From Isurus oxyrinchus (Eukaryota), in NCBI GenBank assembly GCA_026770705.1, contig JANJGN010000041.1, forward strand, positions 4,216,001 to 4,280,000: a DNA stretch of 64,000 nt, written 5' to 3'. A model generated the notes under the pieces. The model was given only the letters and a program-made list of their open reading frames with translations, was not told the origin of the DNA and searched no databases. This document shows positions 48,761 to 63,089 of the stretch, in pieces. Made by a program: the position numbers and the translations under genes. Numbering within the stretch: the stretch's first letter is position 1; every line of letters begins with the position of its first letter.

Positions 48761-51519
48761 GGGAATCAATTTCCCCCAGGCAGCGAGGCTTCCATTCCAT
48801 GACTGAATAAAAACAAACCCCCCACATGAGGAGTTATTGATCCATATGATAAGCTGGTTGAAGAAGGCCTGGGCAGGAGGCAACATCAAAATGGAATTGA
48901 TTGTATCGCACAGAACTGGGAGCAATGTCCTCATGGGGAAAGATCAGGTATCTTGGCGAAACTCAACCTGGCTGGTGAGTGGATGCTGACGATGCTCCGC
49001 TGTAGACAAGGCTGAACCAAGACATGAAACAGCAGTTTAGCATGACACACGGTCTTTTACTAATGGTGATGAAGCCACTGCCTCATAAAACATCACCCAA
49101 GAAGACAGTTGTGCAATAATCGATTATGTTGGACCGGGAGCCCAGGAGTTCTTGGTCAGGGTCATCCTGCTGGGGTGGGGGATGGGGAATGGGGAGTTTA
49201 CCCCTCATACCTTAGAGGGGATGGGAAAACGGCGTGATGCCAAACGGAACCAGCTTTACCTCGAGAGAGGGGCAACAGCTTGATATGTTGCCTGCATTCC
49301 CCTCCCCCACTTCCCCTGAGGCAGACCCTCCTGAAAATCTGGACCCACGTCCGAAAGCCCACTTTGCTAGCAGAACACCCAGCTCACAGCACCATTCCCA
49401 TGTTGATTAAAACCATTCCATATTGTTTGGGACTCAACCCAGTGATTTTTCACACTCAGCAATGGGCAGCCGGTCCAATCAAATCATAACCAGATAGGGA
49501 GTCTGTCCATTTCTGTCCCCGGAATATGATTGCATAGCTTCCACTTAAATAGAGCTAAAGTGTATACCACAGCACTCCCTGTGGTAGTGACTCCCACATT
49601 ATCACCTCTCTCTCTTGGGAAATAAGTATTCCTGAATTCCCTGTGAGTTTTATTGGCGACTGTCTTTTATTTTATTCCTCTAGTTATAAGCATCATCACT
49701 ACAGCAAACGTTCACTCTGCAACCACTATATTAAAATATTGCATAATTTTAAATATACTGATAAGAGGACCCCACTCGGTTCATTCAGTCATTCCAGTCT
49801 CCCTCCATCTATCTCTATTTCATTCACATTGTTTCCAACATGGAGCGCAGTCCCTTCACTGAACACACCTCTTGTGACCCTACATGTGTACTTGATGGTG
49901 TGCACGGTTGCAAGCATATTAATGGCTTTCACAGGGACTAATGAAAAAAAAAATCGGTCAGTGGGTTGTGTTCATGACGATGCTCACCGCGTGTCCAAGT
50001 TCATCTCAAGCAAAATTCTAGGTTAAGCCTCGTTTTGCCTGAGGCGACATCTTGGGTCAGGCAGTTTAAATCATTGCCTCCTATGGGCATCAACAAAAAT
50101 AGTGAGTGCTGTGTTCCTTGAGCATACAGGGCAGCTCCTTTGGTTCACCGTGGGGTGGGGAGATCTTGGCTATTCGCATCTTGCTATGTGTCCCCTTAGA
50201 GGACTAACGGGGTGGAGGGGAGAGGGGAAGGAGGATCTGTTGTAGGGAGATAGCGACAGGAGGGTCAAATGGCATCATTCACCCCTGCTGGTAGTGAGAA
50301 TCCCTCTTCCTCTGTTATATCTCCATTCGAATCTCCTCTGACAGTTACCAGCAGACTGCACTCCCTATCCCTTGGCAGAAGAGTCACCGTGCAGGGTGAC
50401 GCTGTATGCCAGCAAGTCCACTGCACGCAAAGATGGTGCAAGGTGCTCACAGAAAGTGCGAGAAGCATTTTGTGCTTAATCTGGAATTGGGTCGAACTGA
50501 ACACAACATTCTCTGTGTCACCCTCAACCGGCAAGTTTAAAATCATATAATTGCCAACCAAGATAAACATTAAGAAACAGCTTTTCAGGACCCGTTTCAA
50601 ACCTCACACCTAGGCGCACTCTTCAGTGTTTATCAAAACAAACCAGCGTTTTCTTTTGTGTGTACACTCGGCAATCGACAGCCTGTGCCTTGTCCAAACT
50701 GACCAGCAATGGGCTGTTGGATCCTGTCTTGTGATGATTCATCATTTTGCCATCATCACGCCTTTGTGGCAATCTATCAGGCTGGATGGCAAATGGCCGC
50801 CGGTCAGCCCTGTACCCCGGCAAATATTTAACAGGCTCATAAGCTTCCAAACACGACCCATATGTTTCCCAAGGCAGATGAAAGGCATTGAGCACTGTGC
50901 ACACCAACTGCATAGAGCGCACACAACCTACCTTTTATCTCCCACTCATAACTGAGCGTAGCCTGGACGCCAGCCAATGCCAATATGTGGAATACAAATA
51001 GGGAGCAAAAAGAGCTGGAGAGAGTAAAGTCTAGGAAACCATTCGGCCCATCGATTTTTCACATCTGCAAGGCAGTGTGGGATCAATTGCATTTGCGGAC
51101 ATGGGAAGAGGGGGTGGATAGTGCGGAGTAGGGGAGACAGGAAGTTGGGTGCTGTGGTTGTGAGTTAGAGCGTTAGAAGGGCAGGGGAACGTGGGGGAAT
51201 GAAAGTTAGGCTGTGCAGTTGAGGGCGAAGGGGTAGACAAGGTCTCTGATGTAAGTGCAGCTGCAGGATGTACCCCAGTGACCAGTAACTCCAGGGAAAA
51301 ATAATGGTGTCTCCGGACTCACTGATTGACTCACTGCTCCTAAAACAAAAGGCTCAGTCACGACTTTCAACTGTGTCCCAGGGGATGGCAGACCGGGAAT
51401 ATTGTATGCCACCAGCTGCAAGCTCAATGCTGGGTTTCAGGAAGGGGTTGTCAGTTCTGCTCCTACTATATAAAACAATAACAATTATGTGTTGCGGCCA
51501 GCAAGGAATTCTTGGAATG

Positions 51520-51665
51520 GACGGAGGCCTAACTCGTACACTTAAGGAAGGACATCTGCCCTCTTAACCCACTCTAACCTGCATGTGACTGCGGACCCAC
51601 AGCATTCTTAAGACTTAAATGACGCTCAGAAATGGCTTCTCAAGTCAATCAGATGTTGTCACGCT
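51520..51665 (+). mobile_element. LF-SINE-like core fragment
   Basis: ttaaggaaggacatctgccctctta..catgtgactgcggacccacagca..aaatgacgctcagaaatggc follows the recalled LF-SINE core. Confidence 0.55.
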
Positions 51666-52499
51666 GAAGACAAACAGGGAACCCGAACATAATTGGACGG
51701 GTCTGCAAGGGTTGAAGCTTGTATATTTCTCAAACAAACCTTCTGTTTGTCCTTCATACCTTCAGTACATCTTCAATTCATGTTACTCATGGTGGACAGG
51801 TGATCTAACCGCTGTTTGATGGCGTTAGACAGTAATCAGTGGGACATTTCCTTGGTTACCAAACACCAAATTGCGCGTATTTTCAAGTATTGAAATGCTG
51901 ATATTCGTTTTTCCAATCCTTATTCTATGTTTGGTGTGTTCACGTTGAAAATGAGAACACAAAATGGTGGCAGCATGCTTACTTTTTTCAAGATTTTATT
52001 GAGAGCTGTACAAGCCTCAAAACATTCAGATCCAGCTGAAGAACTGGTGCAGAAACGACGCCACTACCGATTATTCAGCAAGTGCATATCATCCGCTGGT
52101 ACTGGTCAAATCCTAAGCATATGTCTTCATTCTGAGGCATCACATCATCGAATAGGCACCAGTTCACTGTCAATGCTGCCCCTTAATAGATGTTAATTGT
52201 CATAAGAGAATGCTAAGCTAGCTGGTGAGTCATTAGATGTCCTATAAAAACAAAGGGTTGTTCAATGTGAACTTCAAAAGGGACATGTGGACACGTGGCT
52301 ACGTCTGTGACAGATGTACACTGAGTGAAGAGTTGAGAATTTGGATCAAATGGGAATTTGGGAAAGTGAGGTCAAGACGTGTTTCTTGTCTTATATTCGT
52401 CAGACTCCGATCATTGGATCGTTTTCCTCCTTAACTCCAAAATTGAAGAGTGCAACATTCTGGCAATGTATCTCTGTAACTTATTAACTAATTGGATAA

Positions 52500-55340
52500 T
52501 TAAATGCGTACGGTTGTCAGCAGTGGCAGGCTGGTGGTTTGCCATTATAGCAGCATGTACGTTTCGATGGAATACATTGAATACATTGAGCTAGATTATG
52601 ATGTTGTGGAAATTGTTAGGCATTTGTAGGGAGGCAATGGGGGGCAAATGTTGCTTGGACACTTTGTTCCAGAAGTCATTCATTCCCCTTAGGTTCTAGA
52701 GAACTTCAGGTTGGTCAATGGTCAGGAGGTTGGGTGCTTGTCTGTGTATAAGGGGACCCAGCACTGAGACTTCAAGGAGCCTCGGTCCATCACCTTTTCA
52801 ACAGGTATGAAGTGCTTGCAACCTGTACAAATGGGGAGGACCACAAGGTAGGTATGCGGACTGATCATTACACAATGGTGAGAAACATCTTTCGAATGGG
52901 TGGAGCCAAGTGGAATATAGCTGTGATTGGAGGCAGTGTAGTCAGGGGTATATGTTGTGTTCACTGCAATTGGTAACATGAGTCCAGGCTGCTGTGTTAC
53001 TTCCAAGCTTCAAGGTTGTAGGCGACCTGCTCAGGCTGGAGAGGAGCTTCACGTTGGACGGACTGGATTCACTGGATCATTGTCCATGTAAGTACAAAAA
53101 ACTTTGGAACAGCTAGGAAGTATTTACTGCACAGCGATTGCGAAGATATAGACACGAGGTAAAACAGCAGAAAAAAGTGTTAACAATCTATGACTCTGAC
53201 CAGTGTGATATAAAAATTGGTGTAAGGCGAATACAATTAGGAAGATGAATAAGTGTCTCAAAATATAGTGTAGGCAAATGGATGCCGATGTAGTCGCACT
53301 GGCACCAGTACTCTGAAAGTGGGAGCTTGACCATTAGACTTTAACCGTGCTGGCCCCAGTTTCAAAGCTATAGATAAAGTACAAAAGAAGTCGAGATGGT
53401 TTTAAAATAACTAAAGTGTGAAGAGACGATCTCGCAAAGTTGGAATAAATAAAATGCAAATGGCAAGACAATTTATCAAGGGAGATACAAAGGTGAAAGT
53501 AATTGCTTAATGGAAGGAAGGAGATGTAATTGCAATGTATGGGCTGTGCTAGCAGGCAGAGACACTGTTTGGAAAAACGGTAATAAAACAATGAATTAAA
53601 GGCTCTGATTTTGAATGCCGGCAGCATTCGCATAAAAACACGTGAATTCTAATCTCAAATATAATTTAATATATCTGGCCTGATAGACATTGCAGAGACA
53701 TGGCTACACGCAAACCAATGCTGGGAACGGAATATCCTAGGGCATGTGACATTCTGTAAGGACAAGAGGCTGGGAAGAGTTATTGGGGTAGCTCTGGTCA
53801 TAAAATAGGCCGTTCGTCCTGTGCTGAAAAATGACTGGTGTTGTAAAGATCAAAATGTATAATCAGTTTGGGTGCAACTAAGGGACAACAGGGATCAGAA
53901 TACATTGCAGTGAGTTGTTTATAGTCCAGCCAAACTGCAATGGTAAGGCAAATCTCCGAATAAATCATTACTTTAGAGATGCTTGTATGAAGGGCTGAAT
54001 ACTAAACTTGGGGGATTTCTCTTTACATACAGAGTAGGTTAAACTAATTCTTTCTATTGTTTTGGGGAACGAATACTAAGAACATTTGCAAGATGGTTTT
54101 CTAGAGCAGCACATTGAAAACCCAAATAGTGAACGTGCTATTTCAGATCAAGCCTTGGGCAAGTGAACATTGCTCATTCATTCTCTTGATGTAAATGAGC
54201 CCTTAGGAAAGAGTAAGCGTGATATGATAAAATGTTTCATTAAGTTTTAATGTGCTATGTTCCATTCAGTGAAAAGGGACTTAATATAATCAAAGAGAGT
54301 GTTAAGGAATTCGTACAGTGGGGGTGGAGGAGGGATTGGCTTTGGTAGATTGGAAAATTTTGCTGAAAGATATGGAGTTTGACAAGCAATGTCTAACGTT
54401 TAAGCAATGAATGCATACTATGCAACAGAAATACATTAATTTAATGCACAGGAGTCGGGGAAGGAAAGTCTTCAAATCGCAGGGGAGGGCATGCGTTGGA
54501 CGAGGCCTATTTGATAAATAGTAAATCTGAGATTTGGGAACATTTTAGAATTCTGCTAAGGAGGACCAAGAAAAATAATAAGAAAGGGAAAATGCAAGGT
54601 GTGAGTAAACCAACGAGAAACATAAAATAAACCTTTGAAATGATTATGTATGTAAAATAAAGGGAAATATTACCAAAATAAATATATGTTCAATTGCAAA
54701 CAGAGTCAGGACAGTTTATTTGCTGTAGTAAGGAAATACAAGAGATTCACAAACACTTCGTGTCTGCCATCCTGGAGAAAAGAAAAATAACCATCCCAGA
54801 ACTGATTGAGAAGCAGAGGGCTAGAGTATAAGAGGTTATGCCAGATTTTAATTCAGGTGAGAAAAAGTATTAGGGAAAATAGTGGTGCTCAGAGTGCACA
54901 ATTACCCTGGGCCTAATGGTCCGTAGCCAGGAGGGCTGTAAAAAGGTGGCTGTCGAGAGAGCAGATGTATTGTAGGTGACCTTTCAGAATTCTCAGGAAG
55001 CTGTACCGATTGAAACGTAACCCTACTATTTTAGAAAGGATTTAGGCAGCAAAGGGAACACAACAGGCCTTTTCTATTTTCACCACTGCTCGGAAAAATG
55101 CTCGAATCTACATGAAAGATTGTGATAAAACGATACATATATAATAATGGTAGGATTGGGATAAGGCAACATGGATTTAAGAAAGGGAAATCATACTTAA
55201 CCAAACTGGTGGTACTTTTTGAGGATGTAACTATTCAAATAGGTAACGGGGATCCAGTAACTTTAGATATTTTTGTAAGCTTATTGAGACACACACACAT
55301 AAAGTATAGTAAGCAAAATTAGATCACATGGGTTGCCGGC
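52500..55340 (+). mobile_element. Long decayed CR1 LINE (ORF1 esterase, endonuclease, RT start)
   Basis: IIVHVSTKNFG (VHVGTND-like); LKALILNAGSIRIK; IAETWL; GFLEQHIENP; RQHGFKKGKSYLTKL. Confidence 0.85.
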
Positions 55341-56479
55341 TGTAACCAAGCTGTTCAACGTCCCTTTCACCGTGACCCTACATTTGCCTCCCTTCGGATG
55401 ATGATCAAGTTTTCTTTTGAAAGCCCCGATGGAATTTGCCTACCCTCAATATCAGAAAATTCTTCCAAAATTGTGAAATTCTCAGTGCAAAATTATTTGC
55501 ACTCCGTCAAATCATGTTTTTTTCTTTCCATTGCGAATTTGCTTGAATTGCAGTTAGCATGTCTTCGATCCTCCCTCCAGCTCCTTCTCTATTCTTCTGT
55601 TGTGTCTCTGGTTATATCTCTCAAACGTCCACACAACTCTGTCCAGATGGTTAAAGATTTCATATTTAAACCGATTGTGGTTTGTTAAATGTTCAGATCG
55701 GTTATTGTTAACCTGTCTGATAGATGTGGTGCCTCACTTGGGTATGTAACTGAAACGTGCCAATTAAAAATCTTGATGTGAAGGAGCCCTTTGGCAAGAG
55801 TGATCATAATAAAAGATAATGTTATGTTAATTTTCAATGTGCTGTGTTCTAATCAGAGGCAACGGTATTAAATCTAAACAAAGGAATGCTAAGATATTCC
55901 GGGACGTGGGTATTGTTCCTCCATCAGATCTAGAAGTTCCCACTGTGATCCCTCCTACAGAAGATGTGAGTACTTGAGGACAAGACAAAACGAGGGTCGT
56001 ACACTTTGATATCAAAATTGCTAAACCTTCCAACTATTGTATGGCACCTTACAAAGCGTAGTTGATTGGCGGGATGGGAAGCATTTTCGAGAAGATGTGA
56101 AGCACACATGCATTGCTACGTGAAACTCTTCAGCAAGGTGTGAGCAATGTGCTGCCAGTCTGAGGGGATATTATCCGCAATATTCTCAGTGTGCTGAACC
56201 CAGGACTTTAAGCCATTACGTGCCATCCCGTGGAGTGAAAGCTAAATATTGGTATCTATGATCATTTCTGGAGAGCTCAGCAGACAAGAAGGACCTTGTC
56301 AATTCAGGTTGGAGGGAATTAGTGAATGGCCACACCAGCTGCACGATTTAAAACGGGGACAGTTGAATGGTAATACTCCTTCCTTTTTGTTAACATTGGG
56401 CACAGTTAGATGTGGCGGGGATTCTGAGGTTTGAGCTGACCTGAACCGTTTTGTGTGGAAGCCTATCACACCCGCATGA

Positions 56480-56825
56480 AGTAATTTATTATCATTATTT
56501 AATTCATGGTGTGAGTGCACTACTGGCAATGCTTTATTACCTTGGTCAGCTCCAGAGACATTTCATTAAACCACATATTGCTGTGGGTGTGTATTCACAG
56601 TAGAACAGGACAGGTAAGGACAGCACTTGTGAAACCAGAAAGAAGGGTTGTTCCAACAATCGACAATGGTGTCATGGTCACCCTTGGAGATTTATTATCA
56701 GTTATTCTGTTTTTCATTGAATTTATCCGTCTGCTGGGGCAGGATTAAAACTCAGGACACCAGTGCATTACTCTGGGTCACTAGGTCAATAGCTCAGTGA
56801 CAATACCACTACACTATCCCCTCGC
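56480..56825 (-). mobile_element. Near full-length LF-SINE-like tRNA-derived SINE
   Basis: Minus strand: tRNA-like head gtgtagtggtattgtcactg..gagttttaatcc; core gaccatgacaccattgtcgattg..gtccttacctg..cccacagcaa; tail ttgccagtagtgcactcacaccatgaat. Confidence 0.65.
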
Positions 56826-56829
56826 CCTA

Positions 56830-57420
56830 ATATACTTGCCGCTCTTGCATGTGCTACAGCTCAACTCTTCGATGTTTCAGCATACCTGATGCTGCTCCTG
56901 ACATTGTCTCTGCATTCCGCATTGTGCCATGTTTGCACTCTTGGTTTGGTGGTTATGGTGGATTGGGGTATATGCTGGGCCCTGATTGGTGATTGTGGTT
57001 CTGATACAATTCTGCTGCTGCTGATGGCCCACAGTGCCTCACATAGGCCCAGTTTAGCGCTGCTAGTTCCGTTCTGAATGTAATACATCTAAGACAGTGG
57101 TTGTGACGCTCAACACAGTAGAATGATTCCTCAGTGTGAAGACAACACTTCGGCTCCAAAGCTTTGTGCAGTGATCACTCCAGCTAAGACAACCATTGGC
57201 ACATGCAACAGCGACAGTTGGTGAGGACAATGTCGACATGTTTTTTTTTGCCTGCTGCTGGTTCTTTCACCAGTTGCCACAGAACAACCCTGAAAGATAT
57301 GTCTTATTATTAGGTTGGAGGTGTATGTGGCTAGGCCACATTTTCACTGCCCACTGTAAGTTGCCCCGCAGAAGGTGAGCAGGAGCCCTGTTCTTGAATC
57401 CTCGCCATCCAGCTTCTTCA
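56830..57420 (-). mobile_element. LINE family B 3' fragment
   Basis: Similar to the other family-B copies (gctcttgcatgtgc..; cccactgtaagttgccccgcagaaggtgagc). Confidence 0.55.
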
Positions 57421-57634
57421 TGGCTCAGCCAACTCGTGAGCCGTACCACTGCTGTGTCATTCCTGGAAAGGAACATCTGGGACTCACCATCAGAGTGCAA
57501 TCTGCCATCCCAGTAATCCTTTAACTTGGTGTTCACCACATAGGAGAAACTATCCACCAGCTGAGGGGAGATGGTATTTGGGAAGAAGCAGGAGTCCTTC
57601 TTTCCTGTGTCTGAGTGAATCTTCCTCTGACCCA

Positions 57635-57780
57635 AGGCTCTGAGGAAGACTTACACGGACTCCAAATGTCCGTGGGTTTATTTCTTCTCCTCAGATGCTG
57701 TTAGATCAGCTTGGCTTTCCCAAATATTGCTGGTTTTTCTGTCAGATTAGCAGCATCCGCAGTATTTTGCTTTTCTCCCC
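57635..57780 (+). mobile_element. Solo Penelope pseudo-LTR fragment
   Basis: ctgaggaagacttacacggactccaaatgtc..ctcctcagatgctg..cagcatccgcagtattttgctttt matches the other pseudo-LTR copies. Confidence 0.7.
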
Positions 57781-59629
57781 ATTTTATATCTTTGCCCTGA
57801 AGAGCTGTGATGCACTGTAGAGTCTGAATTAAATGCTGGGAGCTCCACATTATTGCTCCACTGGATTGTCTGCCACTCCACCGTTACCCTGGTAGCCTCT
57901 GCCCTGCTCGTGGTGCAGGAGGGCATATCCTGGATTGTGCCGGAAGAGCTTGGGGCATTGGATGCAAATTGTGTGTGTCTGCGACCAGATCTGTCGTGGT
58001 ATTATCCCATGTCAAAGCGGTCCTGCCATTTGCCGACCTCCCCCTTCATCCCCTGTCAGTGCGTGGTGATGTAAATGTGAAATGAGCAACGGACAAGAGG
58101 AGGTGATCAATGCAGCTGGTTTTATTCACAGGAAGGAGAAAACAGTGTGCCACGTGGGGCTGCATCTAGTAACTTACAGAAATGACAGTCAGCTTCAGTG
58201 GGAGCCTCAGACGGGAATCAGAATGGTACATGTTTACTTTTAGTGACTCAATCCTTCATGCAGCACTTGAAGAAAGGAAGACATTTCTCTTTGACGCGGG
58301 TCTCAGCTCCCTTACAGCGGCGGAATCTGCATTTCCCTCCAACGCTGGGACATCCCAGTAAACTACCTGGTGAAGAGACAGGAGGAGGTTATTGACGCCA
58401 CGAGCCAGGAAAGTCGATTGTGACCAAAACATGGAAAATGTGCACTGTTCCCCAGGTGTGGTCTATCAGAGCCACTTTATCTCTGCATTTTAATCAAGAG
58501 AGCGCCTCACAAATGGAAATGGTGGTTTGGGCTTTACACAGCCAGAATGAAAACAACTTCTGTCGCACCTTCAATTTAATATAAAACCAATTAGTGAACT
58601 TAACAGGAACATGATGAAAAACAACTTATACCAAGCCTCATGAACAGAGGGAGGGATTTCAGGGACATCTGAAGACACAGCCTCCAATGTTGGATTCACA
58701 TTCTGACAGTATCTGTGGGGCGCAGGTATCCCCTCAGGGTTGAGAGACTGCAGGACACGACAGGGGTGGAGGTGGAGACAACAGTTGGAAAAGGGGAAAT
58801 AGGGAAGGATTTGTCCACACGTTATTGTGTTCATGGAATACATCACCAAGGGGCCGAATGCAATTGAGAAATACGTGGGGAAAAGGAGAACTGTTTCTAT
58901 GATAAGCCTCGCTGCTGGTTATCTAAAAAAAAACAATTTTAGCGAATTGTGTGAAAATGCACAAAACTAAAATTGGTAGATTTGCATTTGGAAATCATTT
59001 TAACTGTTCTAGGCTGATGGAGTAAAGCAAATATCTGCCCTGTACCAATTCGGTGTTAGAACAGTCTTGAGTGGTTGAAGGGACTCCTGTTCCAATCAAT
59101 ATTGCTCAAGAATCACTAGTGAGAGACACGCTCACCTCCCAATTGCACAATCTCTTGGAGCGAGATAGAGAGAGTCTCTCCCAGCAACAGGAATCCAAGT
59201 ACCACGAACAGAGCTTTCGACATCATATCCTGAGCTCCTGAGAGTCACAAGGAGATAACCAGACACCAATGTTCTTTATAGTAATTGAGCGACTGTTCAC
59301 GAGTTAATAATAACACGCACGCAATGGGGATTGGCTGCACTTTAACAGTGATGACGACGCAATAACTCTTCCAAGTCGGATGTGTGGTAATTAAGAGGGA
59401 GACAGGTCTGTGTAATGATTGAACTGGAGGTTTAATAAACAACGTCACTGTGTTAGAAGGAAGAATCATATTGCACAAAATAAGGCCATTTTGGCCATTT
59501 AGCCTCTCTTGACGCTTAGCCAGAGCTACCGAATTCTGCCGACTCTATATCTACTCATTCTCCATAGCTCTGTCATTTTTAAATTTTCAAATTCAATCAT
59601 TTCAACAAGTGCATAATCTTCCATTATCC

Positions 59630-61740
59630 TTCCAGGAAGCACCGCTGGTGCATTTATTTTTCATGACAAAGGGCATTGAATAATGGCATTGATGTAGACC
59701 ATCCAGCATCAGAAACGCTGATGCCCTTTCATATAAGGCTACCCTCTCAGCAAGTCACTTTTTGTGGAAGGTGTTGACTGTCTGGATTTCTTGCTAGATC
59801 GTCTGATCATCGCCTGTGATATGAATCTGCCTTTGTTATCACGTTCATTTTTCGGTAATTAATGCAGAGTGCTTGTAACCCAAATCTTTTCCACACCATT
59901 ACGATGGCTGAACTCCAATTAGTGTGACCAGGCCCTGTCCTGTCGTGTTGAAGCAGAAATTGAATTTCCTCCTGCACTATTGGTAATTTTACTGGATTTC
60001 ATCTCTAATCGTGTTGCCTATTTGAAGCTTAGTTCCCCACCTCAGTATCATGTACAGCCGAATATACATTCCCCAATTCTTTTGTATGACTGCAATAGTT
60101 TTTTTTAAATCACTCTGACGCTTTTCTGGAAGGTAACCTAAGCACAAATTTATGTTCCTCAGTACTTCCTCATTATGCATTTCAATCAGAGGTAGGTCAG
60201 GTTCAGAATCCTTACCCTTTGCCTCTGTTCCCTTACTTACAACTACCTCTACCCTTTCCTGTTTATCCTGTCTGTTAAAAATGTGTTTAAGCCAATTTTA
60301 ATGATGCACCGGCCGGCTCTTCCTTCTACCTGGGGTACTTTACTACACAGATTACCACACTTAGCCGCTTTTCCACCTGGTAAGGCCCGCTAACATTGGC
60401 TTCAAAACTGGAAACAAAACTAACACTTTGTCCACAGCTAAAAAACTGCGAGCCTTTGTCCTTTCAGCTGTATTTTCCTTCGTCACTTGCTGAGGTATAA
60501 CTAACATTTCCCTGCATAGCTCAGATGCCTTCCTCAATCTTTCTTTGAAATTCGCCACATGATCCAAAAAAGTATTATCTGAATTTTGCCCCACGATGTT
60601 CGCCTGAATCATTGCCTGACGATAAATTAACTCAAAAGGACTGAATCGTTTTGACACATTAAGGATGTCCCTAAAGGAAATAAAAAAGAATAAAATCCCT
60701 AGAAAATAACCATGTGGATAGTCTTGAACACATATGCTAATTGTAGCCTTAATGCAGTGTTGCCACCATTCTAAGGCACGCTGTGATTCAGGGAGATCCG
60801 CTGACTTCATAAATTGTTATATTCCTTGGCTGTCCATAACTTATCTACACAGCTGTGATATGAAATTCGGACCCTGATCCAACTGTATTTCTTTTGTTAA
60901 TCCATATCTTATAATACAAAAATATTTACTCCACTTTGCTGCACTTTTCCTTAAAGGCAAGCTTCTGGAAATCTCTGGACACATATATGACTGTCAGTAA
61001 GTACAGATTACCACTTTTAGTCTGAGGGAGGTGTCCTACACTATCAATCAGGAGACTGTTAAATTGTTCCTCAAACGCTCGCATTTGAAATAAATGTGAA
61101 GGTTTAACAGCTGCTACAGCTTTTCCTTACAACTGACATATGCAACATGTTTGACAGAATTTGTGTACATCTTCATGTAATCAAGTCAAATAGATTGTTT
61201 CCTTCATTGTCATTAGCTTGGATATTCCTAATTCCCACATTTACAGCGATTGGAATTTTATGAGACACTCTCAAAATTTAATTCCAGTACACAGAAGGTG
61301 TCACTACTTCGTGCACTACTGTCCACTTTCCATCTCCATGAACAAGACGCTGCTTCCATTTCTTAATTAACATTGTTCTGAATGTAAATACACTCTGTAA
61401 TGCATTCTGCTTCAACTTCAGAGTAAACGGTGAGGTTTACCTGTGTTACGAGTGGGCTTTGCATATTTAGCTCCACTAATGAACTGAATACTTCAGTCTC
61501 ATCCTCTTCAACCCTCTCATCCTGAGCAATATTTTCAAGGATTGATCCAACCAATTTAATTTCATCATTGTCTGACTGTCTGTTAGATTATTCCACTTCT
61601 TGTGTAAATGTGTTCACCTGTGGTTCAGTCACCACACAGTCTGGGAGCACTAGGATTCTCTTTCTTTTCAACCTCTGGTGATTCTGTCTCAACAGGTTGT
61701 TCTACTACAATAGGCTCTTACAACACAGCAGTTGATAAAG
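59630..61740 (-). mobile_element. Decayed Gypsy (Gmr1-like) pol region: integrase upstream of RT
   Basis: Integrase: LIDSVGHLPQTKSGNLYLLT, RYGLTKEIQLDQGPNF, PESQRALEWW, FSPFELIY (61080-60360). RT lies downstream: WSSAIVMV, LCINYRKMN..TKADSY, MPFVMK/NAPA (60060-59630). Confidence 0.85.
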
Positions 61741-61747
61741 ACTTATT

Positions 61748-62526
61748 TGTCAAAAAGGAAAATTGAACAACTGTCTTGGCCTATACTGGTATGCTTGAGA
61801 TGCAACTCTGAATTCAGAAATAAAACCATCAATCTTCACGAGGTGTTTTATGTAAAACTAAAGTAAATATTTATTAAATTAACAACAAATTGTAACGTAT
61901 AGACATGTAAACAAATTATTAACGTAATACATTTTAAACAATTTCTCAAATTAATTGCTCCCAGGTAAATTTTCACCAAGGCACCAATAACTAATAGACT
62001 TTGTATAGACACCAGGCAAAGCACATTTGAACTTACGAATTCAAATTGTGGTTCATTTCAATTTGTTTCTTCTGCAGAAACAGCTCCAGGCTGACAGGAT
62101 GGTTTGATCTTAGCTTCAGTGACTCGTAAGTACCAACTAATTTCTGCTTAAATCTAGCTTTCCCTTTGAATGCAAATTTTCATTTGCTTAACTAGTTTTT
62201 TTTTTTTTTAAATACCTCTGTTAACAATAATCCTTTCATTCCACCAATTTTATTAGCAATATAGTAACATTGCTTGGTGTCGTGTAGCTAGGAGCAATAT
62301 TTACCCACTCTTTGAATGGTTTGTTCAACAAATATGCATTCCGTTTTCCCTTTTACTGCTTCTCTTTATCTAACTAAAATCGAAAACTACTATACATCAA
62401 TCAACCAGCCTGGCTGGATTTTATCCAGTTAAGATACACAGACACAAAGAAAAACATAGACACCACTACTTTCCCAGTATGTAAACAATTTCCTCTAACA
62501 GTATAGACATTAATCGCTTCATGTCA
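61748..62526. mobile_element. Possible LTR next to the Gypsy remnant
   Basis: AT-rich block starting TGTCA and ending TTCATGTCA, abutting the Gypsy pol remnant; no TSD or PBS found. Confidence 0.3.
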
Positions 62527-63089
62527 AGGCATTGTCATTACCTGTCACCCGACCATATAATTCCCGCGACTAAAATGTACAATGCATGGCCAATTTTTGT
62601 ACGACCCCCACAATCACATCCCCTGATTGCAATTCATTTTTGTAAAGTCACTTGATTCAATGAAATAGTTTGAAATTAGTGTCTTAACTTCATCTGCCCA
62701 TCTTTGTTCCACAAACCATAAAACATTTCCTAAACAGAAAGCTGTGCATATCCGTTTTGCACACTTCCTTAAATTGTCTTTAAAAGCAAATTCATCATAA
62801 TTCTCGATAATAAGCCAAGCAACTATCCTAGTTGCCTTGTGCCTCCCATCTACGTGCTGACCCTCGGTGAGATCCTGCATCATCTATGAACTTTGGTCAG
62901 GGTTTTATGGCTCTGCCACAGTGTCTCTCCGCCGGCATATGTGGGGAAACATCTTCATTACCATTCACTCTGCTAGGACAGTAATGACCTGCAGGGCGCG
63001 AGGGTACCTATCAGCCTGGCCCGTGTTTCAAAACCCTCCATTGCCCCTCCTCCTTTATGTAGAATGTGCGGCATTTCCCTTGTGCCCAG

